A stretch of DNA of 64,000 nucleotides from Balanoglossus misakiensis (lineage: Eukaryota > Animalia > Hemichordata), in NCBI GenBank assembly GCA_040954595.2, contig CM082596.2, positions 5,778,791 to 5,842,790 of the forward strand. Reading direction: 5' to 3'. The position numbers and the translations under genes are program-made. How positions within the stretch are numbered: the first letter of the stretch is position 1; each line of letters starts with the position of its first letter. This document shows positions 23,054 to 36,300 of the stretch, one piece after another. The notes under the pieces were generated by a model. That model was not told the origin of the DNA, did no database searches, and saw nothing but the letters and a program-made list of their open reading frames with translations.

Positions 23054-25823
23054 GCACCAATCACAGCCGGAATTGACGCATATTAGACCCTGTCCGCAAA
23101 CAGCTGTTCGACATTGCCAACTGCAATGTACTATAGTATAGCAAGCTGCCCGTTTTTAAGTGGTATGGATGATCACATATACGAGTATGAGAATCAAATG
23201 AATTCCTTCCTTTGTTTCTGTAAAGTTTGGTACATGTATATTATAATAAGTCATTACAATCAGAATACTACTATTGTTTTTCCAGGATTAAAAGGGGAGG
23301 ATTTCTGAATACCACGCATGGGTCAAGGGTTAAAAGCGTGGGTTCAAAATTAAAAAGATGGGCAGCTGCATATATATAAATTGTGGATCTGCTCACACCA
23401 TTCATATGTTACATTGAAATATTTTTTCATTCTTATAGCCCTTCTACATTGCCCTTGAAGAATTCAAGTTCCGGAACGACACAGAAGAGAAAAGGAAAGG
23501 AAAGGTATTTGATGATTATATTATTAAATATTATACCAACCTTGATATGCAAATTGATAAATCAATGAACATATGTGATGGACACTGCAACCACATGTGG
23601 CAGTGAGTACGAAACACATACAGGTAATTGAGGTGATAGGTTATATGTGATATGTTATTTGAAATGTACAATGTCATTGAATGTAACTGTGTTGTGTTTA
23701 ACACAGACCAGGTCATGCCCCGAGGTGACACAATGTCAGATGACAAACGCCTTTTCTCAAGAGGAAATCCATTATGTTTTTGATAACTGCGATATTTACA
23801 ATTAAAGGCCTGATATGGAAACGTGCGGCCATATCACATTTTCGTGACCTTTTTAAGGTCAAAATAATTATGTCACTGCCATACAAATCCACAGCGACAT
23901 TTACAATCAAAATTAAAAGGAGTCAATCAGAGTCTAAACAACAAAACCATTCATTGTGCCAATGCACACTTTGCATCATTGGAATGAGCCAATCACTGTG
24001 ACTGTTTCACGATTATTTGAATACAGATCCATGTTACTGGCAGTGCAATTAAGAAGGAAACCAAAACAGACATCGAGTTCCAAGTCCTGAGAAACGGGAC
24101 ACTCAAGTTTCTCATCACCGGAATTAAGGACAATGTAGGTACTGCCATCGCATTATTGCAACGCAGATTAACTGAGGTATGTAGTCAAATAATTATGCTT
24201 TTTCTTTGGCCCTTCCGATTCCTTGCGGCTGTGGATTCAACCAAATCATCCATTGAACTTAATCAGTTGTGAAAGGGTTTCATCGGTGATTAGAAAGAGT
24301 GGGCAAAAATTCTATGATTTTCTGTATAATGATGATGATGATGGTGGTGATGATGATGATGGCGACGATGATGATGATGGTGACGATGATGATGATGGTG
24401 ATGGCGACGATGATGATGGTGGTGATGATGATGATGGCGGTGGTGATGATAGAATGAAAAGAACTGTTTTGAAAACCAATTTCTGTTTCTCTTTAATAGC
24501 AAAGACGTCAAGTAACAGAAAACTTGCCGGATGGAGTCTCAGCACTGACCGTTGACAATCTACGAAAACACAACCAGGCGTTGACTGAAAGGAGGGAGTT
24601 TGGCTGTGAACCATGTGACAACGTCTACTGGAGAAAAGTGTTCGCGTACAAACCGGTGGCTAAGTATGTCCATCTGAGCGGAGTTCAAATCTTACACCAC
24701 TACCTGTCTTTGTAGCCATGGCTACCAATCATTTTGTTGTACATGTACACTTCAAAGACACATGTCCATTTCCCATGTTTATCACAAGTTGTGACAACAC
24801 GTCTAATCTTAACCATTGAGGTGAGAATTCTGCTGTTTGCAGAAACAGATGACAAATAATCAGACCAAATAAATGTAGAAACTTGCAGAACAAATTACTG
24901 ATAAGTGACATGTAGTCAACTGGGTAAATGTGTCATTTTCCAGACTTTATGGAAAAGTCAACAGACCATACAAATGCAAGTCCAGACACACACGATCAGA
25001 AATGAAGTCCCTCGCTTTTCCAATAAATATCTGACTGTTTTTTCTGTTTCCAGGTGCGATAAATGTGGGATTTGCTACGACGCCATTCCCAAAGATCAGG
25101 AATATGGCCTGGGAACTTATGAATGCTCAAGTTGCAATAGAAAATTCACAGGGAGGGCCAGAGCTGATGTGCCGGCAATGTGTTACGAATGCCACGTCAT
25201 GGTGAGAATTCTCTTCTTTAGAATTTTTCATTTCCTGAAATAAAGTTGAATAATAATAATAAATAAAACTGAATTTGAGCAGAGTGACACTGAGCAAGAA
25301 ATGTGCAAGAAGCCTTAGTTTAGTGGGAACACCAGCAAACACACAGTTTGGAATATTGTTTAGTTCAGTCCTTTTGTCGACAGAAGAATTCCTTACTCAG
25401 GAATTTTGTATCGATCCCAGTGGACTATCACAGATGGAATAATTCCCCACCCATCCCGTTCTTAATTTTGCGAATGATTATTATTATTTTTAGGTAAGGC
25501 CGACAAACATCGGGCCTAGACCACGCAGCGGACCCAGACGTAGTCGATACATCCACAGCTGTCAAGCGTGCCACAATGGTACGATCCGACCATGTCCGAT
25601 GTACAAGAGGGTGGTTGTGGCCAGCAAGGTGCACCAGAGCACGGGGAGCACCGTCTCCAGTTTTCTGTCGCAGCTGTCGGACATCTATTACCCGCCTCTC
25701 ATGCAACAAGTCGACGGCAATGCCTTGCCTGCCCCGCCCAATCCTGAATCGGCCGTCGCCATGACCGCGACCGAGGCCAGTCCCGCTGTGGAAGTCGAAG
25801 CTGAAGTTGAAGCCGCAGAGTAA
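22980..25823 (+). CDS. SHFL: Shiftless antiviral inhibitor of ribosomal frameshifting homologue (RyDEN/C19orf66 family), ~291 aa
   Basis: Exons 22980-22997, 23439-23504, 24027-24176, 24500-24663, 25054-25201, 25494-25823 splice in frame. Family pattern: LTVDNLRKH, EFGCEPCDNVYWRKV, KCDKCGICYDAIP, GLGTYECSSCNRKFTG, CYECH, HSC, HQSTGSTVSSFLSQ. Confidence 0.88.
24329..24450. repeat. Intronic (GAT/GGT/GAC)n trinucleotide repeat
   Basis: Direct reading; lies in SHFL intron 3. Confidence 0.92.
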
Positions 25824-26842
25824 CACCCCCTCTCCCCGTATTCTTCAGTGAAATGGAATGATCCTGTCAATGAAATAAGCCAGGTGATTTGAAACTGCTA
25901 GGTGATGTAGGGGGGTTAGGCATGTATGGGGGAATATAGGGTGCAGGGCAATGCCATTCTTTCACTAGGATAGACAACTGTTTGTAAATCATCATGGCTT
26001 TTTAAAAATCTTGTCCTGTAAAAATAACTTGTTTAAGGTAGTACACTGCTTCAAAATTAAATTTCTGTAAGCTTGCGTATATTTTATTTAGGAAATTTCA
26101 GGCAGTTTGTATTTTAAACTCAATAAAAGGATCTATCCCCTGATTCAAGTTGGTAGTTTTCTCATTTTACCGGAGTTGTTATGTGAAATAATAGCCAAAC
26201 TCTATGTCAGTTTGAAAAGTATGTTTATATATAGTTGATTTCAGAAATCTTGTGAGTACTTTCATTTGAATAGAAATGACAAATGTGCAAAATTTTTGGA
26301 AGAAAATTCTGTTTAAAAATATGGATCTTACATATCACACATATCACTGTCTACATTCTAAAATGTAATTTTTAGATCCTTACTATCTATGTCTCTTAGA
26401 GAGAAACCCACAGAGTGTTTACAGTTGTGTTCAGATTTTTACATTTGAAATATGTCTTATAAAGAACTTCCAATCAACATTTTCTGAGCGCTAAGTATTT
26501 TTCATAGGCTTCCGCTAATATTTTTTGTCTTTAGTTCCTAAATTTGCGTTGAACAGACATACTGGTAATTTTTCCTTTGTTGTTTTTACACATTTCCAGT
26601 GCGGTAGACACATCAAGAAACACTTTTAACAAACAATTTGATTACTGCTTTTGAATTGTATAAGTCATTCAAAATCCTCCACTTAGGTTTGTAAGTATTA
26701 GAGAATTGTGAAATCTTTACTGTGTAAATGTCATGAACATGATAATATATTAATGAATAATAAGTATATTTTGGCCATGGTGTGAAATCTTCATTGTAAA
26801 TTGACTGGAGAAGTGAAGTTATATATATTAGCTCACCACCCA

Positions 26843-26933
26843 TAACCCTTCCACCCCCAGTACCTGCTTTAGAGGTCCAACCTTACCATAGAAAACAATG
26901 GGTTTGGACTGAACCATTGTGGTGAAAGGGTTG
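26843..26933. mobile_element. ~85-bp piggyBac-like MITE, degenerate copy (another at ~29428-29514)
   Basis: Similar to 44021-44105 (TTTAGAGGTCCAACCT..CCATAGAAAA...GGTTTGGACTGAACCAT..GGTGAAAGGG). Confidence 0.65.
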
Positions 26934-28291
26934 ATATCAAACACTGTATTTACAAAATACAGTTATGGCAGTACTTACACACATCCCAGCAATTTTGCAG
27001 CAAATTTCCCAGCAAACTTGCTTATTTACTTGTTACGAAGATTTTTATGCTTTATATGGCTGATCGGTATTTCTAAATTAGGTCTTGAAAAGGAGATATT
27101 TATATATATTTTATGTGAAAGCTGAAAGTGCAAATATTGTGCAAATGATTGAATATAGTATTTTAGCTCAAAGTAATTATCGTTGCCTTTTAAAAAAGAT
27201 TTCAATATTACAATGTTATGATGGGAAATTATTGATCTTGAAAATATTGTTACAGTGAATATTAAAATAAAGCTTTAGAGATGGTGTTTGTCATTTAATT
27301 ATAATGGCTTAAATTAAATGTTATTTTATTATTGAAATATTTTTGCATATATTTTGTGAATTTTCAATAAAAAAGGACTTGTCTATTACTGGTATTGTAT
27401 AGGTATCCAAATTCACGTAGGTGTTATTTTAAAAAATTGAACCAAAAAAGTTTTCATTATTGGAATAGATAGGTCTGTATTGTGCAACTGTAACCAGTTC
27501 AAGTTATGTAGAAACCTGACGATGCTATACCATAATATTTTCCCCGATGATTAGCCAATCACTGCCAGCGTGCCATAATTGGAACATTTGACGTTTGCAT
27601 ACCTATACATAGATCCTTTGAAGATACACAGCACAAACTACTGAATATATAGCAAATTTTTAGAATAAGATGACTAATGTCCCTGCAATAAACCATGGGA
27701 GGGGAAAATGTTGAGAATGGAACACAAGTACGTAGAAAGTGGTTTATACTTACCACTGCGGGACCATGACTCTCCCTATACTATCTACATATCACGGAAT
27801 GTTCCCATCATAGGCTATGGCAGGCTGGGTCATCACACTTCGGGCTAAGGCTGAAAATATGACTGTACAATTTGCCATTGAATTGCCCCACATTGCTTTA
27901 AATTGCTTTTTGAAAGCTTTTAGATTTTTATCCAATAATAAATGTATTTTTGATGTATTCTTGATCTTTTCAAAAGATGTAAACATTTTTTCCAACAGTC
28001 AGTGATTTGTTTGATGCTTTAGGCAAACTGATGTTTCTTGAAATAAATGACTTTAAACACGGACGTGTCGTGTTTTGTGTCTGTTCAAATCTGCAATAAT
28101 CTGGACTGGTAAGGTTCACATCATGAAGTTCAGGCCGGCCCTACACTGATGTAGCATTTAGTGGACACCGTATATCAGACCACAGTCAGGGGGAGTAGGG
28201 TGACACACACGTACGTCGTACACACACACACACACAAACAGTAATGTAAAAGCTGATCATCACCAGTCAACTCATCCACCTGAAGTCAGCA

Positions 28292-28398
28292 TCAATCTGA
28301 TTAAAATCAGATGTAGGGAACGGCGACGTGTTTTTTTGTATGTTGTCGCCTCAAAAAACCACGTCGCCGTTCCCTACATCTGATTTTAATCAGATTGA
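28292..28398. mobile_element. 107-bp hairpin MITE with target-site duplication
   Basis: ~47-bp TIR TCAATCTGATTAAAATCAGATGTAGGGAACGGCGACGTG; flanked by AGTCAGCA (8 bp), or AAGTCAGCAT (10 bp) if the ends are 28293/28397. Confidence 0.88.
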
Positions 28399-30336
28399 AG
28401 TCAGCATGTGACCGACTATGTTTCTAAACCCCATAGAAACATGCGAATTCATTGAGCAAATTTTCTCTTGCCTCTTACGAAACATATTGACACCACTGCA
28501 CAAGAAATGTTTTCTACAGAAAAGTCTTGTTTATATTCTTGTCAGTGATTGTGAAACCTGTGTTTACAGCCAGAGTTTAGTCAAAGTTCAGTTTTAGGCA
28601 AAAATGAAGCATGACACTTATCAAAATCTTTCTTGTAAGTAGAGCGAGCAACAAGGAGAAAATCTCAAAAATAAAACTTTACAACAGTTTCAATAAATGC
28701 AGCCACATAATCTATACAATTATAAGAATCACAGAAATTAATGCCTTTTCTGTTTTAAAAAGTACAGGAAGTAAGTTAGAACAGACGCTGTGACCATGGA
28801 AACGGTTCTCATTGACAAGCCTTGATTTTGCTTCACGGAAGGTTTTGTGTTACCATGAAATATGTATCAGAGTTTCATGAAAATTAATGAGTTTGTTGCA
28901 TTGTGAGTCCTTGACGCTTGAGGCCAACGGAAAAACCGCTATTCCAGCACTTCATGCAAGAAAACACATGGTTTCAATGTTCGTATTAGCTCTTTGGTTC
29001 GTTTGTGGTTTATATTCTCCACTGTCCTTTGCAAGAAAGAAAAGCCCATTTCGTTTGACATTACAAGTAACACTACTGAGGTTTCACATGTTTTCAAAAT
29101 AATGAGTTGGCAAGCCTACTTTCTAGAGCAACAAGGGATAATTTCACAAGGGTTAAAGTCATCAAATGACAGAACTTGGGGGCAACCCTGACACAGTGAT
29201 TATTATTAAATACACAACAGGTAACATAATCAACAAATATAGTGGTTTGATAAAAGAACGGGGACCCAAAAGTTGGAAATACTTTGTGAATCAAGATGAA
29301 GACTGCTGTGGATAAATCTAGCTTCTTATTACATTAAAGGTTTACTATTTTGCCAGCCTTGGATTGACTGCCCACTATAGAAGATTAGAACTGAACAGTA
29401 TCAAAAACTGACTCTCTCCTGTACCTGTTTACCCCCCACTTCCCTGTACAGAGGCCCAACTTTACCACAGAAAACACTGGATCGGACCAAACCATGAAAT
29501 GGTGAAATGGTAACGTTCCCATTTTCACTGCATAACATTGGTACTAACTTGATTAAACTTTCTCATATGGATCCCTTTGTTCAACATACTTTGGTCCGCC
29601 CTCGTGAATTCTGATGGTACACTTGGACTTGTTTACACAGAAATGGGGGGTGAAACAATAAACACACTTGCCTTGTTTCACATATCTCCTGAAGCTGGTC
29701 TTCAAAAAGAAAAAACTGTGGTAAACTAGTTAAATGTCTGGCCGCTATCTCGCACATTAAATGAAAACTAGAAACACAGTCATCGAGTGAACAGACCTGA
29801 AAAAACACGAATTATAGAAACTTATAAAAAGGAAAACATCCATATCTTAAATCAATCAATGTAGACCAGTGATACTTTGAAGTATAAAAAAAAGAAATCA
29901 ACTAGTCAATTGGCCACATTAATTTCTGTACAACAGAACTGGAAGAGGAGGGTTGATGTGATTAGATGGTCAAAAAAGATGAGATTTTGAACAATATAAA
30001 TAAGCTATCAAAAGAACCGAAACGATGTCTAAAGTGAGGGAGTTGGCCCCTGTATTACATATTGGTAAGCCAAGGGGTCCATTTCTGATAACGACTTGAA
30101 TCTCCTGTTTTGGTAATTTTGAACATTATTTGCGCAATCTTGTTTACCTATTTACAAATCAACACAATTATCCCACTCTTTTAATTTACATAAACCCATA
30201 CTTATCATTAGTTATTTGATTATACTCATCAGCAGGCCTTTCTTGATTTACACATTTTTTGGCTTATTCGACAGAGTTATACCAGAGATTAGCATATCGC
30301 CATGCCATCATGAACCATTTGCATATCTATGTGACA

Positions 30337-33300
30337 TCATAGGCTTTCATCGCTCTCATTGGCTTGCAGCTGCATATCATCCCCTTCCACTTCCATCTCA
30401 TTATCAGCTGCAACGTCTGCGGCGGCCTGGCCTACAGCTGCAGTTATGTCTGCCATGCCTGGAAAATGTGATGGAAACAAAGGATGTGAAAAAACAAAAC
30501 GGAGAACAAACGTTTGAACAAGAGAGTGAAATTGTCCCAAATTTAATATTCAAAATGGCCGCCAATTTGTGTGTTTACTTGATGGTAAAATTAGTAAAGT
30601 TATTTTTATGAAAACAAGATGATGAAAACCCTGCTTTCTTCTTTGTTTTCACAAAAAGTACTTACACACTGCTATATAGCAGAGAATTGTCAGATTTGGA
30701 AGATTTTTTTTATAAAATCTGTGCTACTACCTTAATTTCATCTGGATGTATTAAACGTCTATAAGACCACATTGTCCTCACCATCATTGTCTGACTGGGG
30801 TTCCCCATTCAATGTTGTGTCTGCACCATCATCGTCATCCGGTAGATATCTCTTGTCGATTGCCTCTTTGATCTGGTTGTTGGTGCCCTTGGGATCCAAG
30901 TCCATTGCCCAGCTGAAGTTCATCAATGCTACGTGCGTCTGACCAAGCTTCTTGTAAACCTGAAATTTGCCACAATATGAGCTCGGTCAATGATGATCTC
31001 ATTATTTTGTCGTCCAGTGATCGTCACAGCTACTTCAACATGGCCGAGGAAAACACAGCATGTACACTTACTTTACCAAGCAGAAAGTAGACTAGCGATT
31101 CCTTAGGAACTATCTGTTTCAGCTCTTCGAGTTCATTGAGAGCCTCCTGCAAAATAAATGAAAGACTTGACTCTGTTGCTATCTGACGAACACACTTTAA
31201 CTGCTGGGATTGTCTGATTTCCACTTGGTAAAACTTGATTTTCATTAAACTAAACCTACGGTGAATTTCATTGCTGTTAGTTCTACAGTGACAATTTTAC
31301 CTGGTACCGTTCTGTTGCAAATAATATGGATGCTTTGTGGAATTTACACAGGGCGTCTCCCGGGTTGTTGGACAAGGCGTGGTCGAGAGTTGTCAGGGCG
31401 GCCTCTGACTTCTGAAGAGCATGTTGAACCTGTAACAGACACACAGACACAGAGAATATGAAGCAGAGTGTTGATCTGAACACGAACGTATTCTGAATCA
31501 GACTCAACACAACCACGAGTCGAGGGCATTAAGTCCCCATGCAAACTAATGGGTGACACCATGTCTGTGTGGATACTGTCGCACACTATATTTACCATGT
31601 CAACAGTCTTTTAATACATATTTGCACGGAGGCAGCCATATTTGAGTGGGACACCCATTTATTATGGACCTTAAAAAACCTGTGTGTGCATTCTCAGTCA
31701 GTGACCTCACTTTTGCTCATTATCTCCGACCACAATTTTTAAAAGCAATACTGGGACAAGCAACTGATTGGTACTTACCACTCCTATATGACAGAGCAGA
31801 GCCGAACTCTGGGGGTTGATGGACAGGGCTTTCCTGTAATGCATCTCTGCCAGGGCAAACTTTTCTTGCTTGTAATAGATCATGCCAACTCCATACCTGT
31901 CAGTGAAAAGTCAACAGTGAGAGCCACTCACATTCCCTCCGATGGAGTCTTGTTGTTTCATATCAATGGTCAGCCCAGCTTTATCCAGACCAGCAACAAT
32001 ACTGTCCTTGCCCATCACTGAATGTTAACACCATGAAGTCTCCACACAAAAAAGTGGTAATACTATGTTTAAACGGAAATGCTAAATTTTTCTATCAATC
32101 AATCAATCAATCAATCAATCAAGCCCAACTGATGATGTGTGTTTGTACACTCAACACAGAGTTCCAAGTTGACTTACCATGCATTGTAGTGCCGTACATC
32201 CACCCTGATGGCACTTCGGAAACACGCAAGAGCTCTCTCCAATTCTTCGCTTAAAACATACTCATGGCCGAGCAGAGTATAGGCATACGCAAAATTAGGG
32301 TTACACTGGGGGAGGTAAGAGCAGATACATGTATTTGTTATATCCCAAGTTTATCATGTATGTATAGATAAGACATTGCTTGTATTTTCACTAATGGAAA
32401 ACGCAGGTCTGGCACGACCCTGTAGAGCAGACATTTTCATTGTGGGTCCAGATCTACTCTTGAAAACACACTCGCACAGTTTGAGTGCTATCATCCGATT
32501 CAACAAAGCTTGTGTTATCTCATAATATTGGCAGTCTGACATAAATTATGGAATTCTAGATGTAATGTCTTTGGAGATTTCAAAATGAAGTTCACAGCAT
32601 CCTCACCTGAATGGCTCTTTGGAAAAACTTGATTGCCGTGTCGTGTTCTTTCTGAAGGCTGAAACAATTTCCAGTAGCACACCAGGCCTGCAGAAACAAT
32701 GGAATAGAAAGTAATACTACAAAAGTAGGATTTGAGAGGTTTTGATGATTTCCAAAGAAGCAGGAGCTGAAAATACTGAAAATACTTTGGAAAGGAAAGA
32801 TTTTGCAAATGCAGCAGAAAACACTTGAAACCTTGTCAGTGATGGCCAATAAGGTATAACAAATCTTTCAATATCGCATTTATTTTCAACAGTTCCTGAA
32901 ACTAACAGATACGGTTGAGCTGTTAAACAAAATCCATGGACCAAGTTCACTCACCTCTGGTGATTCCTTGTCCATTTCCACCAGTTCCTGAGCTAGCGCC
33001 GATAAAGCTACCTCCCTCTGTAAATGCCATAATGTGGTCGAGTACAACTCCATGCCTTCCAAGTGATACGGCGCATTCCGACGAACTTCTGCAAAGTACT
33101 TCTCGGCCTGGCAACACAATCAAGTTTGTTAAACAAAAATGGCAACACCTGAGATTTAACCCTTTCACCGCTATAGTTTGGTCCAAATCAATATTTCTCT
33201 ATGGTAAAGATGGACCTCTAAACAGGGAATAGGGGGTGAAGGGTTAATATGGAGATACCCACTACTTGTATTACCCAGCCTTCTGTCAGTCTGTGCTTGT

Positions 33301-36300
33301 TGCGTTGTGTCTATGTATACTACTGCACTGACTTGCCCCCCCCCCTTTGTCTACGAGTCTGTCTCTCTCTCTCTCTCTCTAATCACACACATACATACAC
33401 ACACGCACACTAGATTCTTACCTGTGCATAATCCCCAATTTCAAAGTACGATCTGCCAATCTGACAAAGAACCCACGAAGTGTTGTAGTGGTGCATGGGC
33501 AGGTGGTTAAACAACGCGATGGCCTTCTTACAGTCGTACTGGCTCAGCATAAGGTAGGCCTTGCCGATGTCTCGCAGCAAATTCATCAGCCCCTCTGAAA
33601 AGTCAAAGCAATACATTCAGTAAATAAAACATAGCGTGGCCCCATTTAGGGATTACATAGGAAAAGGTCTAGACTGGTATACATGTACACACATACAGAC
33701 AGTCCCATGGTATATATACATATACCCCATGGGACCTAATAAAATTATTTTATCTTAAATGTATAAAACATGAAATAGAAAGCTCAGTGTTTTTCCTAAA
33801 ATTGGCGGAGGCTAGTAAATGAACTAGGAACCTTTATGAAACCGCCTCTGCATTCAGAGACTGGACTTCAAACAGAACGACAATTATCTTTTTTTTTTGA
33901 GAAATAGAAAGACAATATCATAACATACCAACAGACGCCTTTTGATAACTTTGTATCTGGGCAACACTTGGAGTCTGTAGTATCGATTTACTGTTGTTAT
34001 CCACCGTGGGAGTTCCTTCGTTCTTACTCATGTCGATCTGCTCTGATGTGATCGTCTTTGAACTCCTGGTTTTCGTTTTTCGTGTCGGGGCTTTCGGCGA
34101 TGAGAACTTACTCTTTGTGGGCGCTTTCTTGGCTGCATTTTCCTAAAAAACCACAGCAGATGAAGAAAACAAATCACAATGGCCTCTAATAAGCATATAA
34201 TTAACATATACCCATATATAGTCAAAGGGTATATCCAAGTCTAAGAAAGACCATGTACTGGAACATTTTTTGATTTTCGCATGGCTACACATGAAACTCT
34301 GTAATGGTTAGATCTTTTCTCCATTTTTCATTACCGAGTAAATGTCCTAACAACAGAGCCAATTCAAGTTCACTGGAGTCAAGAAATGCTAAAGCGAAAC
34401 TGTACTTTTTGTCTTACCTTGACTGAATTAGAACTCCCAAATAAACGGGAACTCCGACGGACACCCTGTGCAAATAAAACCTGCTGTGGTGCATTACTGA
34501 AAACAAAACAAAATGAAACAGGTTACATACATTGAAAAAAAAACAACCAACTGCACTTTCTTCAATATATGATGTTTGCAATGGAAAACATCCTGTCTGA
34601 TATATTCAACTTAGTCTAGATATCTATACGTTCGTAGTCGCATTCACCCTACTACCGTCTAGGACCGCAGAGCCAAAATCTAGTAAGGCCATAAAAATGG
34701 TAATTTGAATGGGAATAGTCTCCAACTGAGCAGTCTGACGTCAGAGAAGTCAATCACTTACGTTGACCGACTACTGATTGGCCGTGAGGTGATGACGTTG
34801 AATGTTAATTATGTTTACAATGTAGCTCCGCCCCGAATGATACATAATCATGATCACGTGGTGACGCTTGACATCAGATTGCTCAGTTGGAGACTATTCA
34901 CATTCAACTTACCATTTTTATGGCCTTACTAGATTTTGGCTCTGCGGTCCTAGACGGTAGTAGGGTGAACGCGACTCCGAACGTATAGATATCTAGACTA
35001 TATTCAACTCAAAGACTCTTTTTTTCTGAAGTTCATTTTTTCCCACAATCAAAAGTTCTTACCTTAATTGTGGACTTGGTGTTTGACTCATTGTGATCGG
35101 CAAGTCTCTAGTTGTGTTGCTGCTGTTCCCTGATTGGGCAAACACCGGTTTTGTTGTGGTTGCGCTCTGATTTCGACGAGGTAGGGTCTGTCGAAAATCA
35201 CAAAGTGAGAAAACAATACAGAGAAATCAGATCACTTTGTCACCAATTTAAGGTAATAACTTGTCTCATTTCCGTTATGGAGAATAACATTATTTGTTAC
35301 TAATATACACGCATTATGTATTTTGATACCTACAATGAAGTTACTACAGTCAAACCTGTGTTAGTGGCCACCTCAGTGAAAAATTGTCTATAGTGACCAC
35401 TTTGTTGCAAAATTACATATGAATGAACTTACTTTCTTTGGTGCAGTGATCTGGGAGTCAATAATTGCAGTCGGCGATGGCGTGACGTACGACGTCGGCC
35501 CTTCCCCGGGGCTGGGTGTGTCTAACGGCAAGATGCCGAAACTGGGCGTGAGGGGACTGAGCGAGTTGGTGCCCCCCAGCAGGCTTCGGCCGACCCTGGG
35601 ACGAGTGCGACTGGCTCCCCGACTGACCATGTTGATGGAGGTCATGGCCTCCGGGGTTGCCATGTTACTGTCGTTGAAGCTCGGTTCGTGGGTGGTCGAC
35701 GACGTGTCCGGGGAGGCCATGTTGGAAGCCTCTTTCATGATTCCTTGCGGGCATGGAGTTGGTAGGTTTGCAACAGGGGTGGATTCCTACAAACACAGCA
35801 GCAAAAGTAGAGTTATTATTCAAGAAGAACGGGACATACCCATGCTTCATGATTTTAAAATCAAATCAGCAAATTTTTAGTTTCATGGGGAAAGATCAGT
35901 TGACTGAAACCAAATGAACAGACCATACACAGCAACAAGTACATCTACAACTCAGACATAAATTTACAGAGACTCTGACAAATGAAACTTGATTACCTGT
36001 GACATTTCTGATGTTGTGGACGCCACCTCAGAAGGTTGGCTGGTATTGGCAGTGTGCACGCTGGGATAGCAATATGACTGACAACTGGAAAAGTTTGGCA
36101 ATGACGACACTTGGAAAATCTTGTTAGGATCTGGTTTTTCACCTGTTGACAGAGATGTGAACCGAGAAAAGCATCAGACTTCTGTAGTCAGCAATCAGTT
36201 TTCAAAGGCTATTTCAACTTGGTTAAATTGAGGATTATATTTTAATGACAAAGTTTCTAATACAGGCATAAAATTTACTACATAAACCCATAATATACAT

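Noticed and set aside
24223-24614. Poly-Asp, poly-His and poly-Ser ORFs
   Set aside because: Translations of an intronic (GAT)n microsatellite in SHFL.
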